A stretch of DNA of 52,303 bases, from the NCBI GenBank assembly GCA_016839785.1, contig JAEOTQ010000114.1, forward strand, positions 1 through 52,303, read 5' to 3'. Origin of the DNA: Candidatus Hodarchaeota archaeon (GTDB taxonomy: Archaea; Asgardarchaeota; Heimdallarchaeia; Hodarchaeales; Hodarchaeaceae). How positions within the stretch are numbered: the stretch's first letter is position 1; each line of letters opens with the position of its first letter. The position numbers and the translations under genes are program-made. Below are positions 1-9,559 of this stretch, one piece after another. The notes under the pieces were generated by a model. That model had not been told where the DNA came from. It did not search any database and worked only from the letters and a program-made list of their open reading frames with translations.

Positions 1-2079
1 GAAGATTTAACTGATAAAAAATTTGTCGTGTGTCCCGCGTGGCCATATGTGAATGCTGTTCCTCACCTTGGAACCGTTTTACACCTACTTAGTGCTGATA
101 TTTATGTTCGTTACCTGAAACTCCGAGGAGCTAACGTAATTTCAGCAACAGGTTCGGATTGTCATGGAACACCGATTGCAGTTGCAGCTCTAACTGAAGG
201 GATTTCACCAAAGGAATTGGTTAATCGGAATCACACTCAAATCCTTGAATTACTCCGCAAGTGGAATATAGACCTCAACTACTCTAAAACAGAGAATGCT
301 TTCCATTATCAATGGGTACAGGATTTTTATCATCGTTGCTTTGAAAATGGGTATATTTTTAGTAAAGAGATTGAACAGTTGTACTGTAAAACGGATAAAC
401 AATTCTGACCTGATAGATTTGTTGAAGGAACCTGTCCCCATTGTAAGGCTCCAGGAGCAAGAGGTGATCAATGTGATTCACCAACTTGTGGCAAACCACT
501 TAGTCCTGTTGATCTAATCAATCCTGTATGCAAAATTTGCGGTAAACCTCCTATAACCAAAACCACAACACAATGGTATTATGATTTCAGTGCTTTTCAA
601 GAGGAATTAACTGATTTCATTAATCGGAATGAAAATTTTCCAGATAATGCCCGAAAATTTTCAAATCATATTTTAGAAGAAGGATTGCATGCAAGAACCT
701 TAACTCGTGATTTGGCTTGGGGGATTCCTGCGGATCCTGCAATTCCTGAAGCAAAAGGTAAATCGATCTATGTATGGTTAGAAGCAGTATTAGGCTATAT
801 TTCTGCCTCAGCTGAACTAGGCCTTCGACTATACAAAGATCCGGATTATTGGAAACAGTTTTGGCTTGAACAAGATACTCGCACTATTTTCTTCATTGGA
901 AAGGATAATATTTTCTTTCATACCCTCCTTTTTCCAGCCCTCCTTCTGGGAACAAAAGATACATATGGGAAACCTTTTGTTCTCCCCTATAATGTAAGTA
1001 CTACTGAATTCCTAATATTTGATGACGAAAAATTTAGTAAATCTAGAGGTATCGGTATTTGGATTGATGAAGCAGCAAAACTTCTTCCAACAGATTATTG
1101 GAGGTACTATTTGGCAGCTACACGTCCCGAAATAAAAGATACTGCCTTTACATGGACTGAATTTGAACAGCGTGTGAACAACGACCTCAATGATGTGTTA
1201 GGAAATTATGTCCATCGAGTTTTTGTATTAATTCACAAGTTCTTTGAAGGAAAGATACCCGAATGTCACAGATTAGATACTACTGATAGAGAATTTGTTA
1301 CTGCTATTCACAATGTACCAGAATCTGTTGCTGATAATTTTGATAAATTCGAATTCAAAAAAGCAGTTAATGCGATAATTGATTTTGCCCGAACAGCCAA
1401 TGGTTATTTGAGTTCAAAAGAACCTTGGAAATTGATAAAAACTGATCCAACTTCAGTAGAAACTACTCTATATCTATGTGCTCAATCAGTTGCTACATTG
1501 AGTGTCATTTTATCTCCAATCATACCTGATTCCGCTACAAAATTATGGGATGCCCTCAAACAGAATGGAAGTGTCCATAATCAACTTCTAAGTGAGGTAG
1601 GAAAACTCAAATTAACTCCTGGCTCCAAGATTTTAGAATCCAAAACATTATTCAAAAAAATTGAAATTGAAGAATTGGAGAAACAACTCGATGAAATTCA
1701 TAAAAAACAGCCTAAGAATACAAAAAACGTGAAAAAAATGTCAGATAGAGAAATAATTCCATTTAAAGATTTTGAAAAACTTGATATTCGCATTGGAACA
1801 ATTATCAAAGCTGAAAAGGTACCTAAAGCAAAAAATCTCTTGAAACTTAGGGTCGATCTAGGGGATGAGATTGGAGAGCGACAATTAGTTGCAGGACTTG
1901 CTTCTTTCCGTAAAGCTGAGGATTTAATTGACCAAAAGATAACTGTAATTGTGAATTTAGAACCTGTAACCATTCGTGGAGTTAGATCCGAAGGAATGCT
2001 CCTTGCAGCAGTCGAAGGGAAAGATCTAGGATTAATCGTACCTGATAAAAATGTAGCTAATGGTACCAAAGTAAGCTAA
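1..2079 (+). CDS. metG: Methionyl-tRNA synthetase with C-terminal tRNA-binding (Trbp111-like) domain; 5' end outside the window; one in-frame TGA at 406-408
   Basis: Frame 1 is open from base 1 to 2079 except for TGA 406-408. HIGH-like PHLGT, zinc knuckles (PDRFVEGTCPHC...GDQCD...CKICG), TRDLAWGIP, IGKDNIFFH, KFSKS, and a C-terminal OB domain (DIRIGTI...SEGMLLAA). Confidence 0.95.
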
Positions 2080-2141
2080 AGTTTTTTAATGAGCTAATTC
2101 CACTAAGATCTAATTTATTTCGATATTTAGGGTTGAAAATA

Positions 2142-3275
2142 ATGTCTGAATGGGATTTAGTTCTTTATACAGATGATAAACAGAAAGAAGTTTACAATAA
2201 ATTAAAACTATCTGACAAAAAGTTGTCTGCTGCAGGCCAACATGGAAAAGCGACAATGCTTGTCGACAATGAAGGGAAAGAATGGCTCCTAAAGGTGTTT
2301 TCTCATATTATTGACTTTGATGTAAAAAAAGTGTCAGATTTAGATATAGATATTCAAGATACACCTGAAAAAAGTCGAGAGCGTCTTCATCTATGGCGAG
2401 TTTTGAATGAAATTACCGCTTCGCGTCTCGGAAGACGGATACACTTAAATGTACCAGAATCACATCTAATTTGTTCGGGAAAAGTCGCCAAATTCGCTCT
2501 TAAATCATCTACAATCTTGAAAGAGGAAGACGTAGTAGTTTTGGATGAAGAGGAGGAGGATGGAGAAACAGCGGAAGAATTTTACAATTTATCAGAACGA
2601 GAGATAGGATCATTAACTACTTCAGATCGGTTTGAAGAAATTTTAGCAAAAAGAAGTAGTCGCAAGAAAGCTGTAGATGTATTGGCGATTCTCCAAGAAA
2701 AAATTCCTAATAGTCGAAATATAGATGAGTACTTAGATGATCAAAAAGCAGATTTGGATGGAGCGTTTGCTGCAATACAAAATATCGATGATGCTTTTCT
2801 ATTATTACCTTTCGATATTTGGTTAAATGATCCTGATCGAAATGCTGGTAACTATTTAGTTCAAATGGACAAAAGCAATAAAGCTTCCCAAATATGGGGA
2901 ATTGACTACGAAATGTGGTCATTTGGAAGTGATATTTGGATGGAAGAGGATAACGTAACTCAAGGTAGGAGTTACTTAACAGCCATTATTCACCCGAAAA
3001 GCCATATTTTTGATTCTCGCGTTAATCAAACCTTCTATCGAATAAGAATGCTACAAGATGAAGAAATCATCCAAATGACAAAAGCTCCTAAATTAGCCTG
3101 CAAGTTTTTTGAATATCATATAAACAAAGGCAATTTACATTCAGACGAAAGGGAAAAATTAAAGCATGTTGAAGTTAATCTTGAAGATTTCCTCATCGAA
3201 TCACGACCGAGGTCAGATAAACTTAGTGAAATTATAGCTCGTCAAATAGGGCTTCCAAAAGACTTCAAAACTTAA
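2142..3275 (+). CDS. HipA/PI3-4-kinase-like protein kinase
   Basis: WLLK, NEITASRLG, FDIWLNDPDRNAGNYLV (catalytic DRxxxN loop) and IWGIDYE motifs, plus an acidic insert. ATG at 2142; the ORF track starts at TTG 2133. Confidence 0.7.
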   Translation: MSEWDLVLYTDDKQKEVYNKLKLSDKKLSAAGQHGKATMLVDNEGKEWLLKVFSHIIDFDVKKVSDLDIDIQDTPEKSRERLHLWRVLNEITASRLGRRIHLNVPESHLICSGKVAKFALKSSTILKEEDVVVLDEEEEDGETAEEFYNLSEREIGSLTTSDRFEEILAKRSSRKKAVDVLAILQEKIPNSRNIDEYLDDQKADLDGAFAAIQNIDDAFLLLPFDIWLNDPDRNAGNYLVQMDKSNKASQIWGIDYEMWSFGSDIWMEEDNVTQGRSYLTAIIHPKSHIFDSRVNQTFYRIRMLQDEEIIQMTKAPKLACKFFEYHINKGNLHSDEREKLKHVEVNLEDFLIESRPRSDKLSEIIARQIGLPKDFKT

Positions 3276-3300
3276 GATAATCTTCCTTAAGATCGAAGAC

Positions 3301-4482
3301 TTAGCTTTCATTATCAATCTTCAATAGGTTCAGAGTCTTTAAAGCCATCATATATTCTTCATTTGTCGGAATAACTAGTACTCCAACCTTTGATTCTTCG
3401 GATGAAATTATCTCCTCTTCATCTCCTTTCGCATTTTCATTTTTGGAAGTGTCTAGAAATGCACCGACACTGTCTATACCTCTTACTACCAGATCTCGAA
3501 AGTAAGGAGATCTTTCCCCTATCCCACCTGTGAATACAAGAGCATCTAATCCACCTAAGGTGATAAAATAAGCTCCAATATACTTCTGTATCCGATACAC
3601 CGCCATTTGGACAGCCAATTGTGCAGCATGGTTCCCCTCCTGGGAACTAATCTGAATCTCTCGCATATCTCGAAATTTTCCAGTTATTCCTAGCAACCCA
3701 CTCTTATAATTAAGTTCTTGATCAATTTGGTTTACTGACATTTCCTCTGATCGCATCATCGCTGGAATGAGGCCGGGGTCAATGTCCCCAGAACGAGTAC
3801 CCATAATAAGTCCTTCGAGTGGTGTTAATCCCATACTTGTATCAATTGACTTTCCATTGTGTAGAGCTGTGATTGATGCCCCATTACCAAGGTGGAGGAC
3901 AATCATTCTCTTAGAATTTGCTGATCCTAATATATTGAATGTTCTACTTGTTACATATTCTACGGATGTACCATGAAACCCGTATCTTCGAAAAGAGTAT
4001 TCTTCATACCACTTTTTCGGAATTGCATAGCGATAGGCATATTCTGGAATAGTACTGTGAAAAGATGTATCAAAAACTGCTATATGTGGAATCTCAGGAA
4101 GATGATTCCTACAAGCACGAATTCCGATAAGATTCGAGGGATTATGGAGTGGAGCCAACTCTGAGAGCTTTTCTATTTGATTTTCAACCTCAAGGTTGAT
4201 AATTACCTCTTTACGGAATTTTTCTCCTCCATGTACAACCCTATGAGCTACTGCATTAATATCTAACAGATTAAAAAGGTTTAATACATATTTTATTGCA
4301 TCCTCATGGTTTTTACAATCAATTTGTTCTTTAATCTCTGTTCCTTCACTATTGTGGGAAATATGTGGTTCTTTAAGACCAATTCTTTCAACTAATCCCT
4401 TTGCAGAAAGATGTCCATCCTTCATTCGATATATCGAATATTTAAGAGAGGAAGAACCGGAGTTGATTGTTAGAATATTCAA
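3301..4482 (-). CDS. ackA: Acetate kinase
   Basis: INSGSSSLKY, HRVVHGG, APLHNP, VFDTSFH, RYGFHGTS, HLGNGAS, MGLTPLEG, GTRSGDIDP, FTGGIGE, PTNEE. Confidence 0.97.
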   Translation of the reverse strand: MNILTINSGSSSLKYSIYRMKDGHLSAKGLVERIGLKEPHISHNSEGTEIKEQIDCKNHEDAIKYVLNLFNLLDINAVAHRVVHGGEKFRKEVIINLEVENQIEKLSELAPLHNPSNLIGIRACRNHLPEIPHIAVFDTSFHSTIPEYAYRYAIPKKWYEEYSFRRYGFHGTSVEYVTSRTFNILGSANSKRMIVLHLGNGASITALHNGKSIDTSMGLTPLEGLIMGTRSGDIDPGLIPAMMRSEEMSVNQIDQELNYKSGLLGITGKFRDMREIQISSQEGNHAAQLAVQMAVYRIQKYIGAYFITLGGLDALVFTGGIGERSPYFRDLVVRGIDSVGAFLDTSKNENAKGDEEEIISSEESKVGVLVIPTNEEYMMALKTLNLLKIDNES

Positions 4483-4492
4483 TCAAAACCCT

Positions 4493-5941
4493 CTAGTATG
4501 TACCTGCTTTTGAATCAGTTCCTTTAACAATAGCTATGGAAGCAGAAGCTCCTATTCGAGTCGCTCCTGCGTTAATCATCTGTTCCGCAATTTCATGTGT
4601 TCTTATTCCTCCAGCAGCCTTTACACCCATTTCAGGACCTACTGTTTTTCGCATAAGTGCAATATCCTCCACTAACGCGCCTGCAGTACTGAATCCTGTT
4701 GATGTCTTGACGAAGTCAGCTCCGCTTAATTTGGTAAGTAGACTCCCTTTCACAATTTGTTCCTTAGTAAGCAAAGCCGTTTCAAGAATAACTTTAACTA
4801 TTGCTTTCCCAGCAGCAGCATTCACAACAGCTTGTATATCCTGGCGGACAAGGTCATCATTTCCCGATTTTAACGCTCCAACATTAATGACCATATCTAC
4901 CTCCTCCGCGCCATTTGCTATGGCATCACGAGTTTCTATTGCCTTTACAGTGGGAGTTGTAGCTCCTAAAGGAAAACCTATAACAGTACATACTTTTACT
5001 GAGCTACCCTTCAAATATTTTGCGGCTTTCGAAACATTCGTTGGATTAATACAAACTGATGCGAAATTATACATAGCTGCTTCTTCGCATAACTTTTTAA
5101 TCTCCTCATCCGTCGCATCCGCCCGTAAGTTGGTATGATCGATATGCTGAGCTAAATCTATATCGTATCCATTAATCCCTGTTTCAGAGGTAATTCGAGT
5201 GGCTCCTCCATTGACTAATGCCTTGACAGCAACTTGAGATTTCCCATCTACTCCAATATCTTTTCCCGCAGTACCAATGGTATAGGAACGATTGGATGTT
5301 GTCGGAGTGTAAGGGGATGGTTCTTGATCAGACAAATTATGAACATTTACCATTCTTATTCCCATGGATGTCAACTGATCGATAACCCCGTCAATTTTTC
5401 GATTCATAGCTGGGGGCACTTGATCTTTCTCAATTTGACAGCAGTAGATAGAGTCTTGAGCAGCAATAACAGGTTTCCCATACATTAATCCAAAAACCAT
5501 TGTTATTGTGCCTAGAGAGTCAGCGTTTAATGCTGCAACCTTTGCTGCAGTATTTAAGGATAGAATAGGAACATATATTACATCAATCCGTCCTAAAATG
5601 TTGTCAAAATACTCCTCAGAATATTCAGTAATAATAGTTGCTCCTTCAGAAACTTTTCTGACATCAGGCATTCCAATAATTTTGATAGCTGCCCGAGTCA
5701 TGACTATGTACGTATTTGTATACGTTTTTGATATAATTTCTATTTGACGCATGACTTCCTCTATTTCTCGATTTCCACCACATAATAGAATTAACGCTGA
5801 GTTTCCTGAAGATATTCTATAGTTAATTTTCTTGTTAGAAGTCTGTAGATTCTGATTTGTTTGTCTCGCAGAGGAAAGATTATCTTGGTCCAATTTTCGC
5901 ATAACTTCTTCTGTTATTTTTTGAATCATCTCATTACTCAA
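4493..5941 (-). CDS. deoC: Deoxyribose-phosphate aldolase fused to an N-terminal encapsulation peptide and a flavoprotein-like domain
   Basis: C-terminal ~220 aa: [38 protein letters not shown] (Schiff-base Lys), [17 protein letters not shown]. Middle domain resembles HFCD/PF02441 ([10 protein letters not shown]...GKPVIAA). Confidence 0.92.
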   Translation of the reverse strand: MSNEMIQKITEEVMRKLDQDNLSSARQTNQNLQTSNKKINYRISSGNSALILLCGGNREIEEVMRQIEIISKTYTNTYIVMTRAAIKIIGMPDVRKVSEGATIITEYSEEYFDNILGRIDVIYVPILSLNTAAKVAALNADSLGTITMVFGLMYGKPVIAAQDSIYCCQIEKDQVPPAMNRKIDGVIDQLTSMGIRMVNVHNLSDQEPSPYTPTTSNRSYTIGTAGKDIGVDGKSQVAVKALVNGGATRITSETGINGYDIDLAQHIDHTNLRADATDEEIKKLCEEAAMYNFASVCINPTNVSKAAKYLKGSSVKVCTVIGFPLGATTPTVKAIETRDAIANGAEEVDMVINVGALKSGNDDLVRQDIQAVVNAAAGKAIVKVILETALLTKEQIVKGSLLTKLSGADFVKTSTGFSTAGALVEDIALMRKTVGPEMGVKAAGGIRTHEIAEQMINAGATRIGASASIAIVKGTDSKAGTY

Positions 5942-5960
5942 TTCTACACCTTCCTTTTCT

Positions 5961-6251
5961 TTAACTTAATTCAGTCTGTTTACCGTCTACTTCGACATAA
6001 TCCACAACACCTACTATCAAAGCATCAACGGCAGCGTTATCATCATTCATTATACCCCGGATAGAATTTCCTTCTCGGATTACGAGGACGCAATCCCCTA
6101 TTCCAGCTCTTGATACGTCTAATGCGATGATAGAGGCGTCAGTAAACTGTCCTTTCAAATCTATCGGACGTACTACAAGTATTTTTCCATTTTCATGACT
6201 TTTAGTCTTTATTGGGGCGACGACATTCCCGATGACTTTAGCTAGAATCAT
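5961..6251 (-). CDS. BMC-P pentamer shell protein (EutN/CcmL family)
   Basis: [12 protein letters not shown]...[19 protein letters not shown]...[10 protein letters not shown]. Confidence 0.95.
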   Translation of the reverse strand: MILAKVIGNVVAPIKTKSHENGKILVVRPIDLKGQFTDASIIALDVSRAGIGDCVLVIREGNSIRGIMNDDNAAVDALIVGVVDYVEVDGKQTELS

Positions 6252-6790
6252 TCTGATTCACTCTCTGTAAGCTTAGGTTCGATTTCCTTTATCTTTTTTG
6301 TTTTTTTCTTCCTAGTAGCTCTTTTTCTAGGTTTGGACTTAGGAATTGGTTTTGATATCTCATCTACCTCAGTAGGCGATATTTTAGATTTAGGTATTGG
6401 TTTTGAAGTTATGTCGATTTCCGTGTCAATCTCTTTCTTTTTAGAAAACTGATCTAGAGGTTTTATTGTTGGTGGAGGAGCTTTCTTCTTTTTCCTCTGC
6501 TGAGGTTTTCGTTTCGCACTCTTTGTCACATAATATTCCTCTATATACCCTACAATACACTCATCGATCGGTACAAGCTCTTTAGGAAAGACAATAGCCG
6601 CTTCCTTTTTACTGACAACATACACAATATCTCCTGGTCCAGCGGTTTCAATTCCATCAGCAGCAACATAAGGGTTCCCTAAGGGTTGAAGATTATCATC
6701 CAAGCCCTGTACTACTAGAAGTCTTAAAGAATCGAGACCTGGGTCTTTCGTTGTAGCAACTACATTTCCTATTACTTTACCAAGTTTCAT
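6248..6790 (-). CDS. BMC-P pentamer shell protein (EutN/CcmL) with ~90-aa basic C-terminal tail
   Basis: [16 protein letters not shown]...VAADGIETAGPGDIV...PIDECIVGYIE, then a Lys/Arg/Pro-rich tail. Start placed at ATG 6790. Confidence 0.92.
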   Translation of the reverse strand: MKLGKVIGNVVATTKDPGLDSLRLLVVQGLDDNLQPLGNPYVAADGIETAGPGDIVYVVSKKEAAIVFPKELVPIDECIVGYIEEYYVTKSAKRKPQQRKKKKAPPPTIKPLDQFSKKKEIDTEIDITSKPIPKSKISPTEVDEISKPIPKSKPRKRATRKKKTKKIKEIEPKLTESESE

Positions 6791-6794
6791 GTTA

Positions 6795-7253
6795 TCACGC
6801 TGACTTAAGATATTTCGTTTCAATTTCAGAAATTTTATTCACTCTTGTTTCGTGCCTTCCTCCACCAAATGGAGTAGTTAACCAGATTTTTACAATATTC
6901 TGTGCTATACCAGGACCAATAACTCTTGCTCCTAAGGTCAGAACGTTGGAATTATTGTGTTCACGGGCAGAATTGGCAGTAAATTCATCAGTGCACGGAG
7001 TCGCCCTAATACCTTTGATTTTATTTGCCACAATCGCGCTAGCCACACCTGTTCCATCTATAAGTATGCCAACAGATTCTAACGAGACAGAAACAGTCTG
7101 TGCAACTAACAATGCAATGTCAGGATAATCTACAGGATCTGTAGAGTAACACCCATAATCTGACACTTCGTACCCCATTCCTTTAAGGAATTTAATCAGA
7201 TCATTCTTTAGGTGAAATCCACCATGATCGGATCCAATAATAATTTTCTTCAT
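6795..7253 (-). CDS. rpiB: Ribose-5-phosphate isomerase B (RpiB/LacA/LacB family)
   Basis: IGSDHGG, VDYPD, ANKIKGIRA, AREHNNSNVLTLGARV, FGGGRH..RV. Confidence 0.95.
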   Translation of the reverse strand: MKKIIIGSDHGGFHLKNDLIKFLKGMGYEVSDYGCYSTDPVDYPDIALLVAQTVSVSLESVGILIDGTGVASAIVANKIKGIRATPCTDEFTANSAREHNNSNVLTLGARVIGPGIAQNIVKIWLTTPFGGGRHETRVNKISEIETKYLKSA

Positions 7254-7279
7254 TTGACTTCAGCTTGTATAATTAGAGT

Positions 7280-7825
7280 TTACAGCAACGTTTTTACTAA
7301 ATCTGGATGAGGAGCAGGAATAATAGCTATAGATAATACTAAGCCTTCGCCCTTTACACGATTAACTCCCGCATCTACAGCTGCTCGTACAGCACCAACA
7401 TCTCCTGTTAAGACGACGAATGCCTTACCACCAATAGCACGACTCATTCGGATTTCGATTAAACGTACCTGTGCACTTTTAACAGCCTCATCACCCACCA
7501 TTATGGCTGTAGGAGCGGAATATGTTTCAACTACTCCTATTGCACCGACCTCATCAATACCAGTCGAACCTGCAATTGCTAGGAATACCTCAGGATGAAT
7601 ATTGGGTATTACTGTATAATTTACTAGTGTTTCACCAGCGATCTCACTTCCAGCAATTAAGGAGCTTTTAACAGCTGCAACTGCTCCCTGAATTATTATC
7701 AAATATTTCCCAGGGCATACTGGTGAGGCAAATAATAGCTCCACATCAGCAGTTTTGACTATTGTGTCTGCGCTCAATATACCACGAGCAATTACATTTG
7801 TTTCTAGAACTCCTATAGCACGCAT
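7280..7825 (-). CDS. pduT: BMC-T tandem shell protein, PduT-like
   Basis: Two BMC domains: AIGVLE...VCPGKY...G.VAAVK and AIGVVET...IGGKAFVVLTGDVGAVRAAV...IPAPHPDL. The PduT Fe-S Cys is present. Confidence 0.93.
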   Translation of the reverse strand: MRAIGVLETNVIARGILSADTIVKTADVELLFASPVCPGKYLIIIQGAVAAVKSSLIAGSEIAGETLVNYTVIPNIHPEVFLAIAGSTGIDEVGAIGVVETYSAPTAIMVGDEAVKSAQVRLIEIRMSRAIGGKAFVVLTGDVGAVRAAVDAGVNRVKGEGLVLSIAIIPAPHPDLVKTLL

Positions 7826-7870
7826 TTGATTTTCCTCTGTATTCGTTATAAGTGATGGAAGTAGTGAGCA

Positions 7871-7893
7871 TTAGCTGCCATTCTTGCAGCTAA
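7871..7893 (-). promoter_or_regulatory. Intergenic stem-loop just downstream of the main BMC-H gene
   Basis: TTAGCTGC-CATTCTT-GCAGCTAA: perfect 8-bp stem with a 7-nt loop, 8 bp after the stop codon at 7902. Confidence 0.55.
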
Positions 7894-7901
7894 ATTTCCA
7901 T

Positions 7902-8180
7902 TCAGCCTTTCTTGGGGAGAATGCTCTCAACCTCATCATGAGGTCGAGGGATTACATGAGCTGAAGTTAGTTCACCAACTTTTCTTGCAGCAACTGCGCC
8001 AGCCTCAACAGAAGCTTTAACAGCACCAACGTCACCTCTAACCATCACAGTTACGAAACCACCGCCAATAACTTCGCGTCCCATTAGATGAACGTTCGCT
8101 GCTTTCACCATTGCGTCAGCTGCTTCAATAGATGCAACTAACCCTTTTGTTTCTATTAATCCAAGTGCTTCTTTAGCCAT
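7902..8180 (-). CDS. BMC-H hexamer shell protein (EutM/PduA-like)
   Basis: [26 protein letters not shown]...[23 protein letters not shown]...HVIPRPH; canonical sequence. Confidence 0.98.
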   Translation of the reverse strand: MAKEALGLIETKGLVASIEAADAMVKAANVHLMGREVIGGGFVTVMVRGDVGAVKASVEAGAVAARKVGELTSAHVIPRPHDEVESILPKKG

Positions 8181-8206
8181 TTTTTATTTCACCAATTTTT
8201 TATTTT

Positions 8207-9532
8207 TTATTTTGTCTTTTCAATGACAATTTCTTGTCCAATATGTCGGATAACTCCACTAATACTAGCATGAATTACCGCGCCTAGCGACCCATCAGGG
8301 ATCTTCCCAATGAGCGCTCCTTTTTCTACAGTCTCTCCTACTTTCACAATAGGAATAGCAGGATCACCGATATGTTGCTTGAGAGGTATAGAGACTTGTT
8401 TAACCTGTATTTTCCGTTTTTTAATTGGACAATCATGATCATAATTGAGTAAATCCAATCTTGATATTAGTCTCTTCACAGGTAGCTTTCGATATTTCCT
8501 CTCAGGATGAATCGATAGTACTTTCCGAGTATGAGTATTTTTTAACCCCTCCCCTCTCAATTGCCCTTTTACTTCTGTCATCATTTTACATGGATCTAAA
8601 CCCATAGGGCATCCATAGTATGTACAGGCTCCACATTCCACGCAGAGAAATGTTCCAGTCATATATTCAGGCCTTTCAGGAGCTCCCCATGCTATCCCTC
8701 GCATGACCTTATCAGGATATAATTCATGACCTAGTAAATATCTAGGGCATACTTCTGTACATAATTGACAGCGTATGCAAGCAGCCTTGGTAACTATTAC
8801 CTTAGATGAAATTCGTTCATTTTTCATCCTCACCACAAAATGATCCTCTGGTAAAACGATTACTCCGGAGGTTAACTTTGTAATAGGCTTTTTAGGATCA
8901 ATAATTCTACCCATCATTGGTCCGTTGATTAACACTTGATAGTCATCAATAGTGGCTCCTCCAGCGGCTTTGATAGTATCCAAGATCGAAGTACCAATTG
9001 GGAACTCCATAGTTGAGGGATTTTTTACTGCGCCTGTCACTGTTACATATCTAGACACGATTGGTTTCCCTTCAGAAGCTTCAGCAAGATTTATCAATGT
9101 ATATACATTATTCACCACAACCCCTATATCAAGTGGAAGTCCACTTTCAGGAATTATCTTTCCTAAGGCTTCGTAAACTAGAACATGTTCATCTCCAGCA
9201 GGATAAACATCTTCCAAAAGGAAAATCTCTATACGAGAATCAGCTTTAATCGCTTGTGTAAGTTTTTTAATTGCATTTTTGTATTTTCTCTTTACAGCAA
9301 TGATTCCCCTCTTTGCCCCTGTGGCTTTCATCCCTAATTGTAGTCCATGTACTAGTTTTTCAGGGTAAACTTTCATTAATTGCTGATCAACCCTTAACAG
9401 AGGTTCACATTCAGCTGCATTTACGATATAAGTTTGAACTTTCGCAGAAAGTTTCACGTGAGTGGGAAATCCAGCTCCGCCTGCTCCAACTATACCGGAA
9501 TTGCGTGCCATTTCTGCGATGGTTGAAGTCAA
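8207..9532 (-). CDS. pduS: PduS-like (RnfC-related) NADH/FMN-binding, SLBB and 2x[4Fe-4S] oxidoreductase
   Basis: GIVGAGGAGFPTHVK, NAAECEPLL, YPAGDE, GPMMG, CIRCQLCTEVCP, CVECGACTYYGCP, PLKQHIG, IHASISG. Confidence 0.92.
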   Translation of the reverse strand: MTSTIAEMARNSGIVGAGGAGFPTHVKLSAKVQTYIVNAAECEPLLRVDQQLMKVYPEKLVHGLQLGMKATGAKRGIIAVKRKYKNAIKKLTQAIKADSRIEIFLLEDVYPAGDEHVLVYEALGKIIPESGLPLDIGVVVNNVYTLINLAEASEGKPIVSRYVTVTGAVKNPSTMEFPIGTSILDTIKAAGGATIDDYQVLINGPMMGRIIDPKKPITKLTSGVIVLPEDHFVVRMKNERISSKVIVTKAACIRCQLCTEVCPRYLLGHELYPDKVMRGIAWGAPERPEYMTGTFLCVECGACTYYGCPMGLDPCKMMTEVKGQLRGEGLKNTHTRKVLSIHPERKYRKLPVKRLISRLDLLNYDHDCPIKKRKIQVKQVSIPLKQHIGDPAIPIVKVGETVEKGALIGKIPDGSLGAVIHASISGVIRHIGQEIVIEKTK

Positions 9533-9559
9533 TTAATTTAGCCTCTTCTTTTTATAACT

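Noticed and set aside
28-408. Split metG as two genes, or selenocysteine/genetic-code reassignment
   Set aside because: Both parts are in the same frame with conserved sequence between them. TGA terminates many other genes here, the site is a Leu position, and I see no convincing SECIS-like stem after the gene.
4536-5138. 200-aa plus-strand ORF, and similar antisense ORFs over metG, AldDH, aIF2-gamma, aIF5B and EF-2
   Set aside because: These are shadow frames opposite well-conserved genes and carry no motifs of their own.
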